Origin: Alphaproteobacteria bacterium
GTDB taxonomy: Bacteria > Pseudomonadota > Alphaproteobacteria > UBA828
Reading direction: 5' to 3'
DNA length: 64,000 nt
NCBI GenBank assembly: GCA_963422645.2
Contig: CAXXVO010000008.1
Span: forward strand, 320,001 to 384,000
The notes below the pieces were generated by a model. The model searched no databases. It had not been told where the DNA came from and saw only the letters and a list, made by a program, of their open reading frames with translations. The translations under genes were made by a program, and so were the position numbers. The first letter of the stretch is position 1. The number at the start of each line of letters is the position of its first letter. Below are positions 62,319 through 64,000 of this stretch, one piece after another.

Positions 62319-62753
62319 GTTGTCTACTTGCCGATGATCACCACTCCGAAAGGCCCCGATACCAGGACCATCCCGACGGCGAAACCCTTGCGATCCCCAG
62401 CATTTCCAAGGCCTCCGCCCCGTCCCGCCGAATACCGCCTGCACATCCTCGCGGCGTCCCTCCTGCCGTCACGGGCGTGCCGTACCCGAATCACGCCACA
62501 TTCCTGCCGTCTTTGCAAGCGTCAAATTTGCCACGCGGCAGGAAATTCGGAACAGCCAAATCCCCTGCCCGACGGCGCCCGGCAGAGCCAGTCCCGTCGC
62601 CCTGCTTCCGCAGTGATGCCGGTGAATTCCGCCGAACCGGGGGTCGCGGCGGACCGAGGCGAACGGACGGCGGCACGGCAACGGCCGCCGTCCGCAGAGC
62701 AATGGAGACTGCCCGTGGGATGGGTGTCCGGTGGGTGGCGCTCAGCCTTCATC

Positions 62754-62805
62754 GGTGTCCGCATTACGGCGGCCGTCGACTGACGGCGGCCGTAATGCGG
62801 ACACC
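62754..62805. repeat. 52-bp fold-back element with 3-bp flanking direct repeat
   Basis: 24-bp arms (1 mismatch) GGTGTCCGCATTACGGCGGCCGTC, 4-nt loop, ATC on both sides. Confidence 0.8.
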
Positions 62806-63153
62806 ATCAAGTCGGCATCCAGCTTCGGCTCGTCCCATCTCCGGATGGCGCGCTGCCACAACCCCAGCATGGCCTGAAAACCCGGATCGTCGAAGTGAAT
62901 GAACATGGAACGTATAGAGCCGGTTGACGACCTGCCGCATCAGGTCGCGCATCGCGTCGTCGTCGAAGTGCGACACCCGAGGCCAGGGAATGCGGTTGCC
63001 GTCCGCGCCGACCACGACCACATCGGAATAGTCCCCGGTGCGGCTGACCGGGACGATGCCCGCGTGGATATCCTCGAGCTTTGTGTTGCGCACGCACGTC
63101 ACGGCCATCAGCTTGGACAGGGCAGCAAGGGTCTCGCGCTTTTCCTCATCCAT
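62764..63153 (-). pseudogene. Conserved hypothetical protein, frameshifted
   Basis: CVRNTKLEDIHAG..PVSRTGDYSDV.V..ADG.RIPW...VV.RLYTF; a TTCA duplication near 62900 shifts the DDPGF...WDEPKLD tail out of frame. Confidence 0.6.
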
Positions 63154-63417
63154 GGCCCGGTCTCCTCCGCAATGTCCCGGCCGTCGCCGTCGCGCAGCGT
63201 TCGCTGGCCGCACGCTCCCGGTCATCCCAGCGGCGTGCTCGCGCTTGACGCGGCATCCCGCAGACGAGTTCCCGTTTCCCACGCCGCCGCTGCTGCCGCA
63301 AGCGCCGCGCCAAGGTGGGCAGGTGGGCTTCTGGCCCCGCCCTCTGCCCTCTGCCCTCGGCTACGATCGCAGCCGACGGTTGCACCGCCAGCGCGGCCGC
63401 ACGGGGAGCACGCGGCC

Positions 63418-64000
63418 ATGCGCCACGACCAGATATACAAGTCGATATTTTCGCACCGCGTGTCCGTCGAGCATCTGCTCCACTTCATCGCCGGCATGGT
63501 CGACGACGGCCCCGAGTGGCTCGCGGCCTTCGACCCGGAGACCCTGGAGCCGGTGCCGACCGAGCGCATCGACGAGACCCTTCACCGCCACCTCAGCGAT
63601 CTGATCTGGCGCGTTCGCCTGCGGGGCGGCGGCGAGGAGGACTGGGCCTACCTGTTCGTGCTGATCGAGTTCCAGTCTTCCGTGGACCATCTGATGGCGC
63701 TGCGGGTCAACACCTACGTCAATCTGCTGTACCGGGGCCTCTGGGCGGGCCGGCACTTCGGCGCTTCGGACCGCCTGCCGCCGGTGCTTCCGGTGGTGCT
63801 CTACAACGGCGCCTCGCCGTGGACGGCGGCGGCGAGCGTTGAGGCCCTGGTCTCGCCGGAGGGGCGGCCCTCCGGGCTTGCGGGTCCTGCGCCGGTCTAT
63901 GCGGGCTCGGCCTACGTGACGCTTGACGTCGGCCGGGTTGGGGGCGGACACTCCCCGCCGGACGATGTGGTTTCTCTTGTGATCGGCATCGAGCGGATGT
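63418..64000 (+). CDS. Rpn/YhgA-family recombination-promoting nuclease (PD-(D/E)XK), runs off the window
   Basis: Own translation: MRHDQIYKSIFSH...SDLIWRVR...YLFVLIEFQSSVDHLMALRV..Y...LPPVLPVVLYNG..PW; absent from the ORF track because it has no stop in the window. Confidence 0.88.
   Translation, partial: MRHDQIYKSIFSHRVSVEHLLHFIAGMVDDGPEWLAAFDPETLEPVPTERIDETLHRHLSDLIWRVRLRGGGEEDWAYLFVLIEFQSSVDHLMALRVNTYVNLLYRGLWAGRHFGASDRLPPVLPVVLYNGASPWTAAASVEALVSPEGRPSGLAGPAPVYAGSAYVTLDVGRVGGGHSPPDDVVSLVIGIERM

Noticed and set aside
62501-62544. 9-bp inverted repeat TTCCTGCCG/CGGCAGGAA
   Set aside because: Single occurrence with a long spacer and no TSD or U-tract; it could be an operator but is unsupported.
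1-64000. CRISPR array, rRNA, tRNA, reverse transcriptase or TnpB/IscB
   Set aside because: No regularly spaced repeat-spacer units, RNA gene signatures or RT/RuvC motifs were seen; the long repeats are IS copies.

Overview
GC-rich bacterial DNA. Gene content and a GAAC-N7-GAAC LexA box indicate an alphaproteobacterium, probably Rhodospirillales-like (inference). 1-26.7 kb is mostly intact core and metabolic genes: tldD, DUF3576, leuS-lptE-holA, EVE, ccmDEFGHI, lexA, comEC, gltX, a CodA-like deaminase, an Fe3+ ABC SBP and permease, a GS-like ligase, a UbiH-family hydroxylase, SnoaL, GrpB and Hyi. 26.7-64 kb is an eroding accessory region dominated by insertion sequences. It holds five copies of a 1888-bp single-ORF IS66 element (IS-A) and two copies of a related 2508-bp IS66 element (IS-B) carrying a compact Dam-like DNA adenine methyltransferase translationally coupled to its transposase; both IS-B copies adjoin or interrupt IS-A. 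It also holds an IS1595 element, a 110-bp MITE, a 52-bp fold-back element, an in-frame IS66 transposase-tyrosine integrase fusion, a Rieske/ABC/enolase catabolic cluster, HigBA, a SWIM-SNF2 helicase, and a Slam (T11SS) plus TbpB-like surface lipoprotein locus that is frameshifted at a G7 tract and separated from its predicted promoter by a 6.27-kb IS stack. The best candidate for an undescribed system is the methyltransferase-carrying IS66 element. No rRNA, tRNA or CRISPR array was seen. All calls are by eye; no database searches were run.
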